Sequence record: PZ583738.1
Source of the DNA: a phage
Direction: 5' to 3' (one strand)
Length of the DNA: 64,000 nt
In this document: positions 23,124 to 34,151 of the stretch, one piece after another
Layout of the letters: every line of letters starts with the position of its first letter
Position numbering within the stretch: the first letter of the stretch is position 1
Made by a program: the position numbers and the translations under genes
Notes under the pieces: model-generated
What the model was told of the DNA's origin: nothing
The model's input: only the letters and a program-made list of their open reading frames with translations
Database searches by the model: none

Positions 23124-23788
23124 TACGATACTCGCTTATAATGGTAAAGTGAAATTGCGCCATTTGCTGTGCCACCTGATAATGTCTGGGTTGAAGTTCC
23201 AAGATATTCCCAGGAACCATAACCACCGCGCGGTTGCTGTGTAATAATCTGGCTAAGCGTACAACCATATTGAGCGAAAGGTGCAAAATTATGGTTTTGG
23301 TAGTCGTTATATGTAATATTTAATATAGACTGGTCCACACTATCAATTGCAGAGCTTGACACAATTAAACTATCAGCAACAGCCGTCAGCAAAGCATCGT
23401 TAACCTTGGAAGCAACCAATACAGCCGAATCCCCGACAATAACCTCAACCGGAATACCAAAAATGAAAAACAAAACAGTATCACCGACCCCAGCGCCAGA
23501 AATAGACCCGGTGAATTTAATTTTATCCGACTGACTAATTGCAGCAGGAGAAAGGTTATTTGTATTAGTAATTACACTGCCAACCGGAAGCTCACATCGA
23601 AACGCAATATCATCTATTGCGCTCTGAACTGTTGGATAAAAAATACCCTCGGTTGTTTGTGTTGCGGATGGGCCGCCGATTGCTCGTTGACCCATGACAG
23701 CCGTAATATTTTTTGATGTATTTTGAAATTCTAAGTAACTAGCAAGGCGGGAAATTACTCCAGCCTTTTTATTCGTTAATGTTTTCAT
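23123..23788 (-). CDS. 11: baseplate wedge protein gp11
   Basis: 221 aa in gene 11 position. Confidence 0.8.
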   Translation of the reverse strand: MKTLTNKKAGVISRLASYLEFQNTSKNITAVMGQRAIGGPSATQTTEGIFYPTVQSAIDDIAFRCELPVGSVITNTNNLSPAAISQSDKIKFTGSISGAGVGDTVLFFIFGIPVEVIVGDSAVLVASKVNDALLTAVADSLIVSSSAIDSVDQSILNITYNDYQNHNFAPFAQYGCTLSQIITQQPRGGYGSWEYLGTSTQTLSGGTANGAISLYHYKRVS

Positions 23789-25599
23789 TAAGCAATCCTT
23801 ACCCAGCGATGAGCAATCAAATATGGAGGCATTGTATAAACCGGTTGAGCTTGAGGGTCTTGCGCCTGATTAATAGTGGCTTTGTCTTCTCTGTATTTGG
23901 TATAGGCTGGACCTTGTGCATCTGGGTCTACCTGACAACCGCCGACAACAATCGGACCATTATCATCAACAACCAAAAATTTCTCATCGGTTTCAAGTTT
24001 AGGTACGTTTATATCTTTAATATGAACTTCAACACTACCACCTGTGCCACCCGCCGTCGCTTGTGGGTTACCACCAGAATCCAGGTCATTATTGTTTGTA
24101 TGGAAGTTTGAGGCAGGGTCGTCCGACCAGGCAACAATTACACGTTCTTTCAAACGTTTCCATGAACCAAACCCCATATAAGTAACCGGGTTATTCGGGT
24201 TAACCGTATTTTCGTAAATTGTACCAACCGGATAGAATAATTCAAAGATAGCGCCAACAGAAGATGGAACAACTTCCTGAAGACCGACTGGTTCAACGTT
24301 TGGTGCAAACGGATTATCAAAATCTGTAATACGTACACGACCGGTTAAGCTCAATGTATTTCCCTGAGAAACATAAAGAGTGTCAGTCTCATCACGGATT
24401 TCATCCATGGTCATAGTTGTGCCGATATCGTTATTGTACCAAATGACCGACAGAATATCACCATCTTCAAATTCACGATAAATGCTAATACCTTCGATGC
24501 GGTTGTCATCATCAAATTGCAGCAAATAATCCTGGGTTGATTCAGACCAACTGCCACCATTTGCGCTACATTCTGCCGCAGTGGAACCTTGCGCACCTTC
24601 GCAATAAAATACTGGAGTTCCTGCAGTCCCGGCTTGGTGTTGTAAAATACTGTTAATGAATACCTGACATGCATTTGGGTTAATTGGGCTACCCGGAGAG
24701 ATACCAAGTTCTTCAATTGTAAAGGTGTGTTTGGATGTCAAATCTGTAACAATCAAAGAACCATTAATTGTTGTTTCTTTGGTCCTGTCCTGACTACGAA
24801 CAAGTACATCACGACGATTATACGAACTACGCCATTGAGCAATACCATCATTAAATGTTCGGATGATAACAGTATCACCTTCAGCACATGGCATTTTCAG
24901 ACGGATGCTTTTACCATCAAGCGCAACGATTTCACCAGGGTTTGCACCAGGGGAACCAAATTCAGCATTCACCGGGTCGAAAATATCATCTTTACCATAA
25001 AACAGGTCGTTACCACGATGTTTGACTTCTAAGTTCGATACGCTATACGGAATAGCACCAAACACATTGATAAAGTCAGTTTGTCCTTCGGTAGCAATAA
25101 ACTGTTGGGATGCAACTGTAGCAACGTCGTTATTTGAAATTTTATCGACTTGTTTATTATCGATATATTCCCAACGACCTGGTGAACAATATACAAGTTC
25201 AAGGTCAGCTAAGTTGCGTTTAATTTCTACTGGATTTGGTGAGCCTTTAATCGTATCCCCGACTGCAGGAACAATTGTCACCGGGTTGATTTGCCAGGTA
25301 GCAAACACGTCACGCAAGCGAATTACATAATTGTATTCTTGAGTTGTTCCTTTCGGGAGGACGACTCGAACAGCACCGGCTGATGTATCGATGGTATAGC
25401 TTCGACCCATAACAGCAGACAACTCGGTGCCTTCTTGTGTAGTCCAAGTTTTCCATGCACCAGCCGCATGAGGATTTTCACCGTCACCCAGCTGATAATA
25501 AAGGTCGTCAAAGTTATTGTTTATTTTTTGACCGCCGAGACGAAGGTAATCACCAGTACCATCATCAACCATATTGCCAATTTTTAAATTCTGTTTCAT
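23788..25599 (-). CDS. 10: baseplate wedge protein gp10
   Basis: 603 aa in gene 10 position. Confidence 0.85.
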   Translation of the reverse strand: MKQNLKIGNMVDDGTGDYLRLGGQKINNNFDDLYYQLGDGENPHAAGAWKTWTTQEGTELSAVMGRSYTIDTSAGAVRVVLPKGTTQEYNYVIRLRDVFATWQINPVTIVPAVGDTIKGSPNPVEIKRNLADLELVYCSPGRWEYIDNKQVDKISNNDVATVASQQFIATEGQTDFINVFGAIPYSVSNLEVKHRGNDLFYGKDDIFDPVNAEFGSPGANPGEIVALDGKSIRLKMPCAEGDTVIIRTFNDGIAQWRSSYNRRDVLVRSQDRTKETTINGSLIVTDLTSKHTFTIEELGISPGSPINPNACQVFINSILQHQAGTAGTPVFYCEGAQGSTAAECSANGGSWSESTQDYLLQFDDDNRIEGISIYREFEDGDILSVIWYNNDIGTTMTMDEIRDETDTLYVSQGNTLSLTGRVRITDFDNPFAPNVEPVGLQEVVPSSVGAIFELFYPVGTIYENTVNPNNPVTYMGFGSWKRLKERVIVAWSDDPASNFHTNNNDLDSGGNPQATAGGTGGSVEVHIKDINVPKLETDEKFLVVDDNGPIVVGGCQVDPDAQGPAYTKYREDKATINQAQDPQAQPVYTMPPYLIAHRWVRIA

Positions 25600-26468
25600 T
25601 ATACCGGTACTCCGATTGTTTGGGCGGAAATTACTTTAATAGCGAGCTTCATGGCAGTGGGTGAGCTTATAGCCGCCTGAATGATATCCTGGTTATCAAT
25701 TCTAAAATCGATGGCATATATCTCATCTTCTTCATTAGTTTGTCCACGTCTGATTACAGCGTATTCTGTGCTATATACCTTGCGGTCCTTAAGGTCGATG
25801 TAAAGTAATATTTCTGATGCTTTGTATTTAGTTTCGTCTGTTGAAATAGCTGTCAGCATCAATTTGATAGTTTTATAATCTGCGCGGAAAGCAAGTGGAA
25901 TATCACGAACAACCGAGCTCATATTGTATGTTTTGTCGAGCAATACAGATTGGTTGCCAAACATACTTTCAATTTTGTAGTCCCAGGTCCCTACGCCGTT
26001 AGCATCGTCAATACACCACAATGTAATTTTTGTATAAGGCTGAGTAAATTTCATTTTGTTCGTTGCAGCAGTCAGGAATGAATCCGTGCCTTGTAGTTCA
26101 ACTTCCAGAGGCAACGAGGTGGATAATGAACCATTGGAGTTAATAAAGATAACACCTTCGCCTGCTTTACCTTTTGCAATTCTTGCAGTGATAACACCTT
26201 CGGCAGTATTGACATCTCGCATAGAACCGAGAGCAACAGTCGAGTTCCATTCGATGATATTTGTGGCTTTTTGATAGTAGCCAGTCGCATGAAGTACCTG
26301 GGAGTTTTCTCCATTGTTCACAGAGTACAGACGCTGGTCGCCGAATGTATTATACAAACTGTCTAAATCCACGTTCAGTTTACGACCGCCTTCATATAGA
26401 ATATCACCGGTGCTGGCGTTACCAATCTCGCCGATGTCTACTAATAATTTTGGGGTTTGATTAATCAT
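25599..26468 (-). CDS. 9: baseplate wedge protein gp9 (long tail fibre socket)
   Basis: 289 aa in gene 9 position. Confidence 0.85.
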   Translation of the reverse strand: MINQTPKLLVDIGEIGNASTGDILYEGGRKLNVDLDSLYNTFGDQRLYSVNNGENSQVLHATGYYQKATNIIEWNSTVALGSMRDVNTAEGVITARIAKGKAGEGVIFINSNGSLSTSLPLEVELQGTDSFLTAATNKMKFTQPYTKITLWCIDDANGVGTWDYKIESMFGNQSVLLDKTYNMSSVVRDIPLAFRADYKTIKLMLTAISTDETKYKASEILLYIDLKDRKVYSTEYAVIRRGQTNEEDEIYAIDFRIDNQDIIQAAISSPTAMKLAIKVISAQTIGVPV

Positions 26469-26494
26469 AGGTAAGCCTCGTTATTGATATAGCT

Positions 26495-26502
26495 ATATTT
26501 AT
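26495..26502 (-). promoter_or_regulatory. late promoter TATAAATA upstream of gene 9
   Basis: Exact motif about 27 nt upstream of gene 9 start. Confidence 0.5.
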
Positions 26503-26506
26503 AGAA

Positions 26507-26531
26507 TAAAAAAGGGACCCGAAGGTCCCTT
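26507..26531 (-). terminator. terminator between gene 8 and gene 9
   Basis: aagggacccgaaggtccctt hairpin with A-run. Confidence 0.5.
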
Positions 26532-26532
26532 G

Positions 26533-27537
26533 TTAGAATTCAAAAATAATGTTAACTTCTTCTGTCTGGTCCATTGCACGAATAATCGGTGGGCGGTTTT
26601 CCATATAAATCATTTCCCCGGAATGACGGTCCAAATCAATTGCATCGTAGTATTCTTTGATTGCTTTGATATTTGGGTCATTAGGATGTACTTTAACTTC
26701 AAGTGGGTTGGATATAATCGACAGCTGGCGGAAGCCTTTGTTCCCTGGAAGACTGAACTCTGGGAAATAAATGGAATCCATAAATGCTTTAAATCTGATT
26801 GTATATCCTTTGATTCTGTATATTAAACCGAAATCATCTTGTTGCCAGCTGATATTGTCTTTGTAACCCCAACGTGATGGGTCTTCTTCAATTTCTTCAG
26901 GCCATGGAACAACAATATATTCGTTAGTACAACGGTTGATGGATACATCAGGTGGAATCTCATACAAATATTCCCAGAGATAACCATCGCCCATATCGAC
27001 TCGTCCTTCTGTATCACCAGTCCCAGCTGGAGCTCTCGTCGAGTTATATTCAGCAGTCCATTTACCACCGAGTTTTAAACACTCTTCTTTATTGATAATA
27101 GAATAAATGGAGCAAGTCCCAACATCAGGAACGTCTACACAACGATAAACCATCCAACCTTTACCAACATCAGTTCGGTTATACGGAGCACTGTTAGCTA
27201 CAACAATTTCCCCTACCTGGAAGTTAAGCGGATTGGGATATCTGATATCGCCCCAGTCTTTACGTGGGACAACACAATCAAGCATTGACTTATAAACTTT
27301 GACTGCACCCATCATATTTGTCCAAGTATCTTCAACACCTTGTGCTGTGTCAACCGGATAAGGAGGGGCGAACCCCGGGTCATTCTCATTCGAAGCCCAG
27401 GGTTCAGCACGACCGAACGTTACATACATCGTATTCTGGTCGGGCTCATTACCAATCATTTTATAAAAGTTATACATTTTTTCAGTTCGAAATTTCGAGG
27501 TAATTATCGAACGATAAACTACAGATGAATTATTCAT
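26533..27537 (-). CDS. 8: baseplate wedge protein gp8
   Basis: 334 aa, same as T4 gp8, in gene 8 position. Confidence 0.85.
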   Translation of the reverse strand: MNNSSVVYRSIITSKFRTEKMYNFYKMIGNEPDQNTMYVTFGRAEPWASNENDPGFAPPYPVDTAQGVEDTWTNMMGAVKVYKSMLDCVVPRKDWGDIRYPNPLNFQVGEIVVANSAPYNRTDVGKGWMVYRCVDVPDVGTCSIYSIINKEECLKLGGKWTAEYNSTRAPAGTGDTEGRVDMGDGYLWEYLYEIPPDVSINRCTNEYIVVPWPEEIEEDPSRWGYKDNISWQQDDFGLIYRIKGYTIRFKAFMDSIYFPEFSLPGNKGFRQLSIISNPLEVKVHPNDPNIKAIKEYYDAIDLDRHSGEMIYMENRPPIIRAMDQTEEVNIIFEF

Positions 27538-30500
27538 TTACCTTTACCTGTGATGGGTCTTTCGGGTCGCGTGGATTACCAATATCATCCTTAAGACGTT
27601 GATTAACCAAATTGCGCCAGTTCGCAAAAGTCACGGCAGACTGGTCAAACAATGGACTGTATTTTTTACGACGTTCAGACGGGAGAGTCCCATGAAAATC
27701 TGAAAAATCGTTTTCGGCATCATAATCTGCCGGTAATGGGAACGGTAAACCTGCGTTAGGAGCAATATTATATACTGCTTCGCCTGTAACAGCATTATGC
27801 TCAATGTTTCCATCGGCTCCAATAACTGCAATACGGTCACACCATTCTGACGGAATACCCGACGACCAACGATAGTTGTTCAGTTTATTGATAATGGTTT
27901 CTGTATGTTTTAATGACAGACCAGCATTAACAAACATTGTCAATAATGTAATTCCAACAAATCCAAATCCAACCGGATGAACAAATCGCAATACGTCATT
28001 ACGATAACGAGATGTCGGGAGACTTGATTTAATGGTCATTACATAGTAAGAACGATTTCGGTTGATATAATCGATGTTGTTGCTAAGCAATTCTTTCCCG
28101 CGAACGCCCTGAACAATCATGCCTCCAAAGGAAGTCCTTTCGGATTTAATTTCTTGCCCAACAATAAAGCGACCAAGCAAGTTATGAATCGTGATACGCC
28201 ATCTCAATTTACCCTGTTTGTAGTCACGCTCCATATAGGTAACGTTACTGCGGCCGGTTGGTGTGTAAATTGTTTGCCCAACAATATCTTCGCTGATATT
28301 ATCAGATTCGACAATTATGTCATACTCGGTTCCGTTCTTGGATTCAATATCGATTTCAACGTCTTCATTATATAACAATTTGAATAAAAACTTATAGGAT
28401 GCTTCAGTCCCCTTGGTTGCCCAAAAATCAGACTGTCTTGCTTCAAAGAAACGAACTACTTCGTCACGCTTGGTCTTTGACAAATATATGTTTCTTTTGT
28501 ACATTTCACTCCAAAGGTATTCCCATGCATCTTCCTCGCGTGGGTACTGGTTGCGAATCAAGTTCAAAAGGTTGTTATAATATGTGCCAGAACCATCACT
28601 GATAAACTGTAAATAATATTCACAGAATTTTTCGAAGTTGCTATCCTGGAGCAAATAACTATCCGGAACCATCTTTGTTAAAAGAGGACGCAAGTCCGGG
28701 TCTTTCTCTTGTTCATCATTATCCGGGGTCCATGGAATATCATGTTCCTGGTTCTGTAATTCTGCAGTGAACATAACTTCTTTCGGTTTCCAGATTAATC
28801 TAACTTCATCACGCATACGATAGTCGAATTCAAAATAACCAATAAGCTCACCAGTATTTTTATGTAACATAATACCCGAGGCATATTTTTTAAAGCCATT
28901 GAATTCGATGTTAGGAGAAGTAACTTTCACTTGACCTTTATTCCAGTATTCGTGCACAATACGTTCAGGGGATGAACCACCAAAGGTATCGATAATCTTT
29001 TGATACAGCATGTCATTATATACAACCAGAGCTCTGTCTGATGTGGTAATCCAACAACGAGTATCATCACGGCGAGACCAGTTAAAGAACGGTTCAGCGT
29101 AATATGACATACGTCCAGGTTTAAACTCTTCCCAACCTGAATCTTTATTCGACCTAAAACTCATCATCAAATAATGCTTGTCATGTATCCATTGTTCATC
29201 ATACACATATTTGACTGCTTCGTTAACTTCTTCAGGATACTTAGCAGGGAGTTCGGTATCTGGCTCAACGGAATAACGGAAGTTACTTGAACTGATAAAA
29301 AGTTCAATTCCATCAGTTGACATGCTTGTGTAACCATGTTCAATACGGCGACGTTCATCCTCTGTATTACCAAAAACTCGTGTCCATGTATCGGTATCGG
29401 TATTTAATTTATAAACGCCCTTTGATAATGAATCGACAACGTTTTCAGGCTTAGTCGGGTCTTGGCGTTCTTCCTTTACTTCACCCGTGATTAATGCAAA
29501 CACTTCACCGTCAATTGAATCCATCTTGTAACAAACAGCTTTTGGGTTGCCGCTTATTGTGCTATATCCAGCTTCAAATAATTTTTCACCGAATGTTGGA
29601 GAGTTAGGGTCATTATCAATTGGAGCATCAGAAGATTTAGCTTTGTATACACGGTCGCGGCCAGCAACGTAAATCATGGAATCGGTCGTAGTAATTGCTT
29701 CGGCAATTGTTGAGATATATGCCGGGAGTCTTGCGTATGTGCCAAATATTTCAATATCAAATCCGAGATTGAAATCCGAACCAATTTTTGCAAATGTTAT
29801 ATCCTGAGAACTGAATCGAACATCATCAGCAGACCATCTTATGTCACTTGATTTACGACCGTAAAAAATTCGGTCATATCCGAGTACATAAGTTGTCGTA
29901 TCTGATTGATAATAAATTGTGCGCGATACTGGGTTACCGATACGGTCATTAAACAATTTTACATAATACCAGTTCTGCCCTTTATCATTGGAGACTTTGA
30001 CAGTTGTCTGGAATCGTTCAAACAAATACAGTACGCCACCAAGTTCAGCAATCATTGTACGATTAACATCATTACACACCGGCTGAATACTACCCTGAAT
30101 TTCGTGATATTGGTCTTCTTTTAATACATAGTTTGAAATTGAAGACAAATGAGAATAAGCAGGAGTAAAGCTAAAATCTTCAGACATCAGCGATGCCATA
30201 ATTGCATCATTATTAAAGTTGATATAAGCCTGGTTATTGTTTGTGAATTTTTCTTCGATGAATTTATTTGTTAATGTAAACTCACGCATGTGTTCAAATG
30301 TGTATGCGTTAGTTGCAAAGGTTTCAAATTCTTCGGTATAAACCCAATCAGATTGTTCAAAACCCATTGCTGCAACAGCAACACGCATTTTGTAAAATGA
30401 TACTGGACGAATAAAATCTTGTTCGAACCATTCATTGTCTGGAGTATAACCTAAATTCCTCCATAACAGATTTTCTTCTGGAATAGCAACACCATTTTCT

Positions 30501-30628
30501 TTTGTCGGAGCAATCTCAACAAAATAATAAAAGTTGGCGCCAACATTATCCCATTTTATGCTAACCTGGTTAGCAGATAGTTTATCAATCCGTAAGCTGG
30601 TTACATAAGGGGCTTTAACACTCATCAT
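27530..30628 (-). CDS. 7: baseplate wedge protein gp7
   Basis: Track ORF of 1063 aa; start moved to ATGATG after RBS aaggaaa (MMSVKAPYVTSLRIDKLSANQ... matches recalled T4 gp7 N-terminus). Confidence 0.85.
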   Translation of the reverse strand: MMSVKAPYVTSLRIDKLSANQVSIKWDNVGANFYYFVEIAPTKENGVAIPEENLLWRNLGYTPDNEWFEQDFIRPVSFYKMRVAVAAMGFEQSDWVYTEEFETFATNAYTFEHMREFTLTNKFIEEKFTNNNQAYINFNNDAIMASLMSEDFSFTPAYSHLSSISNYVLKEDQYHEIQGSIQPVCNDVNRTMIAELGGVLYLFERFQTTVKVSNDKGQNWYYVKLFNDRIGNPVSRTIYYQSDTTTYVLGYDRIFYGRKSSDIRWSADDVRFSSQDITFAKIGSDFNLGFDIEIFGTYARLPAYISTIAEAITTTDSMIYVAGRDRVYKAKSSDAPIDNDPNSPTFGEKLFEAGYSTISGNPKAVCYKMDSIDGEVFALITGEVKEERQDPTKPENVVDSLSKGVYKLNTDTDTWTRVFGNTEDERRRIEHGYTSMSTDGIELFISSSNFRYSVEPDTELPAKYPEEVNEAVKYVYDEQWIHDKHYLMMSFRSNKDSGWEEFKPGRMSYYAEPFFNWSRRDDTRCWITTSDRALVVYNDMLYQKIIDTFGGSSPERIVHEYWNKGQVKVTSPNIEFNGFKKYASGIMLHKNTGELIGYFEFDYRMRDEVRLIWKPKEVMFTAELQNQEHDIPWTPDNDEQEKDPDLRPLLTKMVPDSYLLQDSNFEKFCEYYLQFISDGSGTYYNNLLNLIRNQYPREEDAWEYLWSEMYKRNIYLSKTKRDEVVRFFEARQSDFWATKGTEASYKFLFKLLYNEDVEIDIESKNGTEYDIIVESDNISEDIVGQTIYTPTGRSNVTYMERDYKQGKLRWRITIHNLLGRFIVGQEIKSERTSFGGMIVQGVRGKELLSNNIDYINRNRSYYVMTIKSSLPTSRYRNDVLRFVHPVGFGFVGITLLTMFVNAGLSLKHTETIINKLNNYRWSSGIPSEWCDRIAVIGADGNIEHNAVTGEAVYNIAPNAGLPFPLPADYDAENDFSDFHGTLPSERRKKYSPLFDQSAVTFANWRNLVNQRLKDDIGNPRDPKDPSQVKVNE

Positions 30629-30656
30629 GGTTTCCTTAAAAAGCCTCCGAAGAGGC

Positions 30657-32603
30657 TTATAGTGTAATTGGTTCAAGGTCAATCTTTGTATATTGCGGAC
30701 GAAGGTCATTCTCAAATACAATCAGTGAACCATCTTGCGTGTATATATTATCTTGGTTAGGACTTGCATAAAGTTCGATTGATTGAACTTCAAAGCGGTC
30801 GGAGGTCAATCCAATCGCAGCGATATCCCAAAAAATATAATCAGAGTAATAGTCAATTTCGCCAATTGTGTAATAAACTGTTTGGTCAGCCGGAGCTTCC
30901 ATTTTATTAAAGTCATCTTGCAGGTAAGGCTGGATGTTTACATTTTCAATAACATCACCCGGACGGAATGGACCAATTACCATTTTACCATCACCACGAG
31001 AATCTTTATCAGTTGCAACAATGCGAACGTTATAGGCTTCACCTGTGGTCGGAACAAATTCAAATTCACTTGATTCGACTGAACGGTTGCCATACTGGTT
31101 ATAGTATTTAATGCCGGATTCTGGAGTCTTAAAGAAGTTCAGGACTTCACGCACCATCGAAATGGTTGCAGACGAACCAAGAATACTATGGTCGGTATTA
31201 TCCACATATGTAAGCATTTTTGACTTAGCAAAACTTCTGTTAAAGATTTCAACTTCATCGATATAATAACGGTCAATCTGATTAATGATTTGTGCTTGCA
31301 ACCATTGTTCAGATTCTTGTAATTTGTTCAGCGCATAAGATACTTTGATATTATGTTTAAGGAACAAATAATCCGGAGAAATAACCGATGGTGTAATTGT
31401 TGATACGTTGAACTCGCTAAGGTAGTTCTGGATGTCCTCACGTTGCACTGCGGTGAGATACAAGCCCGATTTAGGCTTAACTGATATAAACGCATACCCA
31501 GGTTTATTTGCGTCTGTAAACGTCTGTACGGCTTGCACGATTGAGCCAAATCTTTCGGATACGAAGGTATCATAATCCGTCCCGGTGACAGCACGCATCT
31601 GTGCTTCACGTTTAACAACAGCCAGTTCGCGGATTCGTTCGATATCTTCCGGGTCACCACCACCATCGGCACCGACATAATCAGGGTCGTTGTTGTAGTT
31701 TTCGGTAATTTTATCCACTGTAATATAAGACAAAGTATCAGCATAACTAAAATCAACAGCGCCGTTTGCATCTGCCCCGGAAGTACGAAGATACTCAATA
31801 ACAATTGTTGAATCTTGCACAGGTTTAAGACCGCCAATATAGTTGGCTTCCATAACGCCACCGGCCACAGATTTGGTGGATTCACCTTCACCGAAGAAAA
31901 ATTCGGTATAGCCATCGATTGTTTCACGCATATAAAATATGGTGGAAGTCGAACCAGCATGAACCATTGATTTGTTCGTCCAGTCATCCCACTCAACACC
32001 ATTCACATATAACTTAACTTCTTTGCGGTCAATATCCGGGTCGCGGATAAGAATAGGTTGTTTCGGGTCATATAAAAGTTCCGTACGAATAATACGACCC
32101 TGTGCCAGAGATACAATCGGAAGGTATTGGTTGTTAATATCTTTAACCGCGATAACGTTTTCCGTGGTAACAAAAACATAAGGGTCAGCTGATGTATCAC
32201 GAGCATAAGCCAGGAATTTAGTTCCTCGTGGGATTTCAATATTCGATGGTTGCAGAGCATGAGAACATGTCAACATAACCGAAGTCTTTGCAGCCGAGCG
32301 AGAAGATGGAAGATAACCATTATCCTGTGCAGCCTGAACAACTGAAGACCTTAAGTTTGCAGTTCCGATAAATGATTCGTAAACCGCCGTGTTAGCAAAC
32401 TGCTGCATATACAATGTATTATATGCAAGCATGTCAATCAGGATATTCATTCGCGAACCTACGAAATCATAATCCTTAAATTCATCCTGGCTTGATAACC
32501 AGTCGATGATGTTCTTTTTAATTTCTTCAAACGTAGCTCCCACAAATACTTTTGGGATAGCGTTAACGGTTCTTGTTAATTGGTAATTCGTAGGAGTAGC
32601 CAT
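30657..32603 (-). CDS. 6: baseplate wedge protein gp6
   Basis: 648 aa in gene 6 position. Confidence 0.85.
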   Translation of the reverse strand: MATPTNYQLTRTVNAIPKVFVGATFEEIKKNIIDWLSSQDEFKDYDFVGSRMNILIDMLAYNTLYMQQFANTAVYESFIGTANLRSSVVQAAQDNGYLPSSRSAAKTSVMLTCSHALQPSNIEIPRGTKFLAYARDTSADPYVFVTTENVIAVKDINNQYLPIVSLAQGRIIRTELLYDPKQPILIRDPDIDRKEVKLYVNGVEWDDWTNKSMVHAGSTSTIFYMRETIDGYTEFFFGEGESTKSVAGGVMEANYIGGLKPVQDSTIVIEYLRTSGADANGAVDFSYADTLSYITVDKITENYNNDPDYVGADGGGDPEDIERIRELAVVKREAQMRAVTGTDYDTFVSERFGSIVQAVQTFTDANKPGYAFISVKPKSGLYLTAVQREDIQNYLSEFNVSTITPSVISPDYLFLKHNIKVSYALNKLQESEQWLQAQIINQIDRYYIDEVEIFNRSFAKSKMLTYVDNTDHSILGSSATISMVREVLNFFKTPESGIKYYNQYGNRSVESSEFEFVPTTGEAYNVRIVATDKDSRGDGKMVIGPFRPGDVIENVNIQPYLQDDFNKMEAPADQTVYYTIGEIDYYSDYIFWDIAAIGLTSDRFEVQSIELYASPNQDNIYTQDGSLIVFENDLRPQYTKIDLEPITL

Positions 32604-33280
32604 TATTCTGAATCCTGTTTAAATTGTTTTATCATTTTGTCATAAGCCGTATTTGGAAATCCGTTTTCAATGGCCAATCGTGTCATTTTTCTCCAACCTG
32701 GCTTATCATTTTCTTTCCATAATTTGAATAAAATATCATATGATTGCCAAATGGGGTGTTTTCTATTATTAAGTTTGCATAGGTCAATAACAGATTGAGG
32801 TCTTGGTCTTTTATATAAAGGATGCTCTTCTCCTCTAACAAAAACCCTCGGTTTTGGAGGTAGCTTAGGTTTTCTCCTTTTGGCCATAGCTTTTTCAAAA
32901 TTTTCAATATGTTCTTTACTTCTAGGTGGCTTTGGCCTACCCTTCATTTTGTCTGATGTTTGCTTTTTTGAAGATTCCTTATGCTTTCTTCCTCGCATAC
33001 TTCCTTTGCCACCCAAATCTATATTATAATATCTATCATCATAAATTATAGATTCGTCTACTAAAAATTCTTCGTAGTCGTAAGCTTCATCTTCAGTATC
33101 AAAAAATTTTATTATTTTTGTCTCAAACGAATCCTTTCCATATTTTTTATAAGCCTTTTTGATAAGCTCCCCTGTGCCGTAATATCCATCAAACATATCG
33201 TCAGTAGAATGTTTGCCTATATACTTTTTACCATTTTCTAGGTTTGTAGTTACATATACAAAATTAAATTCTTTGTTCAT
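32603..33280 (-). CDS. GIY-YIG homing endonuclease (Seg-like) inserted between genes 5.4 and 6
   Basis: 225 aa; N-terminal [19 protein letters not shown] (GIY...YIG), then highly basic K/R/P-rich DNA-binding-like tail. Confidence 0.8.
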   Translation of the reverse strand: MNKEFNFVYVTTNLENGKKYIGKHSTDDMFDGYYGTGELIKKAYKKYGKDSFETKIIKFFDTEDEAYDYEEFLVDESIIYDDRYYNIDLGGKGSMRGRKHKESSKKQTSDKMKGRPKPPRSKEHIENFEKAMAKRRKPKLPPKPRVFVRGEEHPLYKRPRPQSVIDLCKLNNRKHPIWQSYDILFKLWKENDKPGWRKMTRLAIENGFPNTAYDKMIKQFKQDSE

Positions 33281-33570
33281 TTTATGAACACCTTCCCTGA
33301 AGCTTGTGCGACAGTATCACCACATGAAATCGGGTCTGCCATTTGAACAGCTTTCTTACCGGTAACAAATACTTTTGATGTGCGCGGTTGTGTTACTCCA
33401 CCGTGAGTTTCATATGGTTTTTTAATTTCGGTATGCTCGGTAATAGGGTCTCCGGCAACTAACACCGGAATTCCCCCGGTGAATACTTTACCTTGAGTTG
33501 CATTAATTACAGTCGGTGGCCATGCTTCGTGGCCTGCTGTAACACATTGATTGAAACTTAATCCAGCCAT
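33277..33570 (-). CDS. 5.4: PAAR-repeat spike tip protein gp5.4
   Basis: 97 aa (same as T4 gp5.4), Gly/Val-rich PAAR-like sequence, immediately after gene 5 cluster. Confidence 0.8.
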   Translation of the reverse strand: MAGLSFNQCVTAGHEAWPPTVINATQGKVFTGGIPVLVAGDPITEHTEIKKPYETHGGVTQPRTSKVFVTGKKAVQMADPISCGDTVAQASGKVFIK

Positions 33571-34151
33571 TAATCCCTCGTGTATACGTATGAACGCAGT
33601 TTATCTGCCCATCTTGACCAGTTACCAACGATAGTTTTTGTGTAAACTTTTGTCATTGTCTTTCTTACTGGAGCAGGAGGTGGGTCGGTCTCATTACCTG
33701 CACGGCTATTACTGCCACCAGAGCTCCCTGTGTCTCCGCCAGAGCTCTCTTCTTGAAAGTCATAGGTTAGGGTTACCGTGTATGAAAAGACCTTCTGGAG
33801 GCTCGCTGGGGCCCTCCAGAGATACAATTGAGTACTCTTATCGGTAGGAAGGTCTTCCCATGAACCGGCAGTTTTGAATTCATCGTTAAGTCGGTATTTA
33901 AGCGCATCATCTGCAAATCCGAACACGGATTCATAAACACCATAAAGATGATTACCCTCAACATTAACGCCAGGGGTGGCCTCATATTCAGTTATATTTA
34001 TTTCGACTAATGTTTCGTTTGTTTCTAATTGAGCTGTAAACGTAACATCGATTGAGGCTCCTTCCATGGAGTCTCCTAGGTCAGTGCTCATTGGAAGTAT
34101 ATTAGCCAATGTCAATCCTCGAACCATCAATAGTATATTGACCAGATGCAA
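33570..34151 (-). CDS. hypothetical protein, positional equivalent of T4 gene 5.1
   Basis: 193 aa track ORF overlapping gene 5 end; true start may be an internal ATG (e.g. MSTDLG at about 34091). Confidence 0.5.
   Translation of the reverse strand: MHLVNILLMVRGLTLANILPMSTDLGDSMEGASIDVTFTAQLETNETLVEINITEYEATPGVNVEGNHLYGVYESVFGFADDALKYRLNDEFKTAGSWEDLPTDKSTQLYLWRAPASLQKVFSYTVTLTYDFQEESSGGDTGSSGGSNSRAGNETDPPPAPVRKTMTKVYTKTIVGNWSRWADKLRSYVYTRD

Noticed and set aside
31328-32002. 224-aa alternative-frame ORF inside gene 6
   Set aside because: Same strand but different frame, within a well-supported 648-aa baseplate gene; hydrophobic low-complexity translation.
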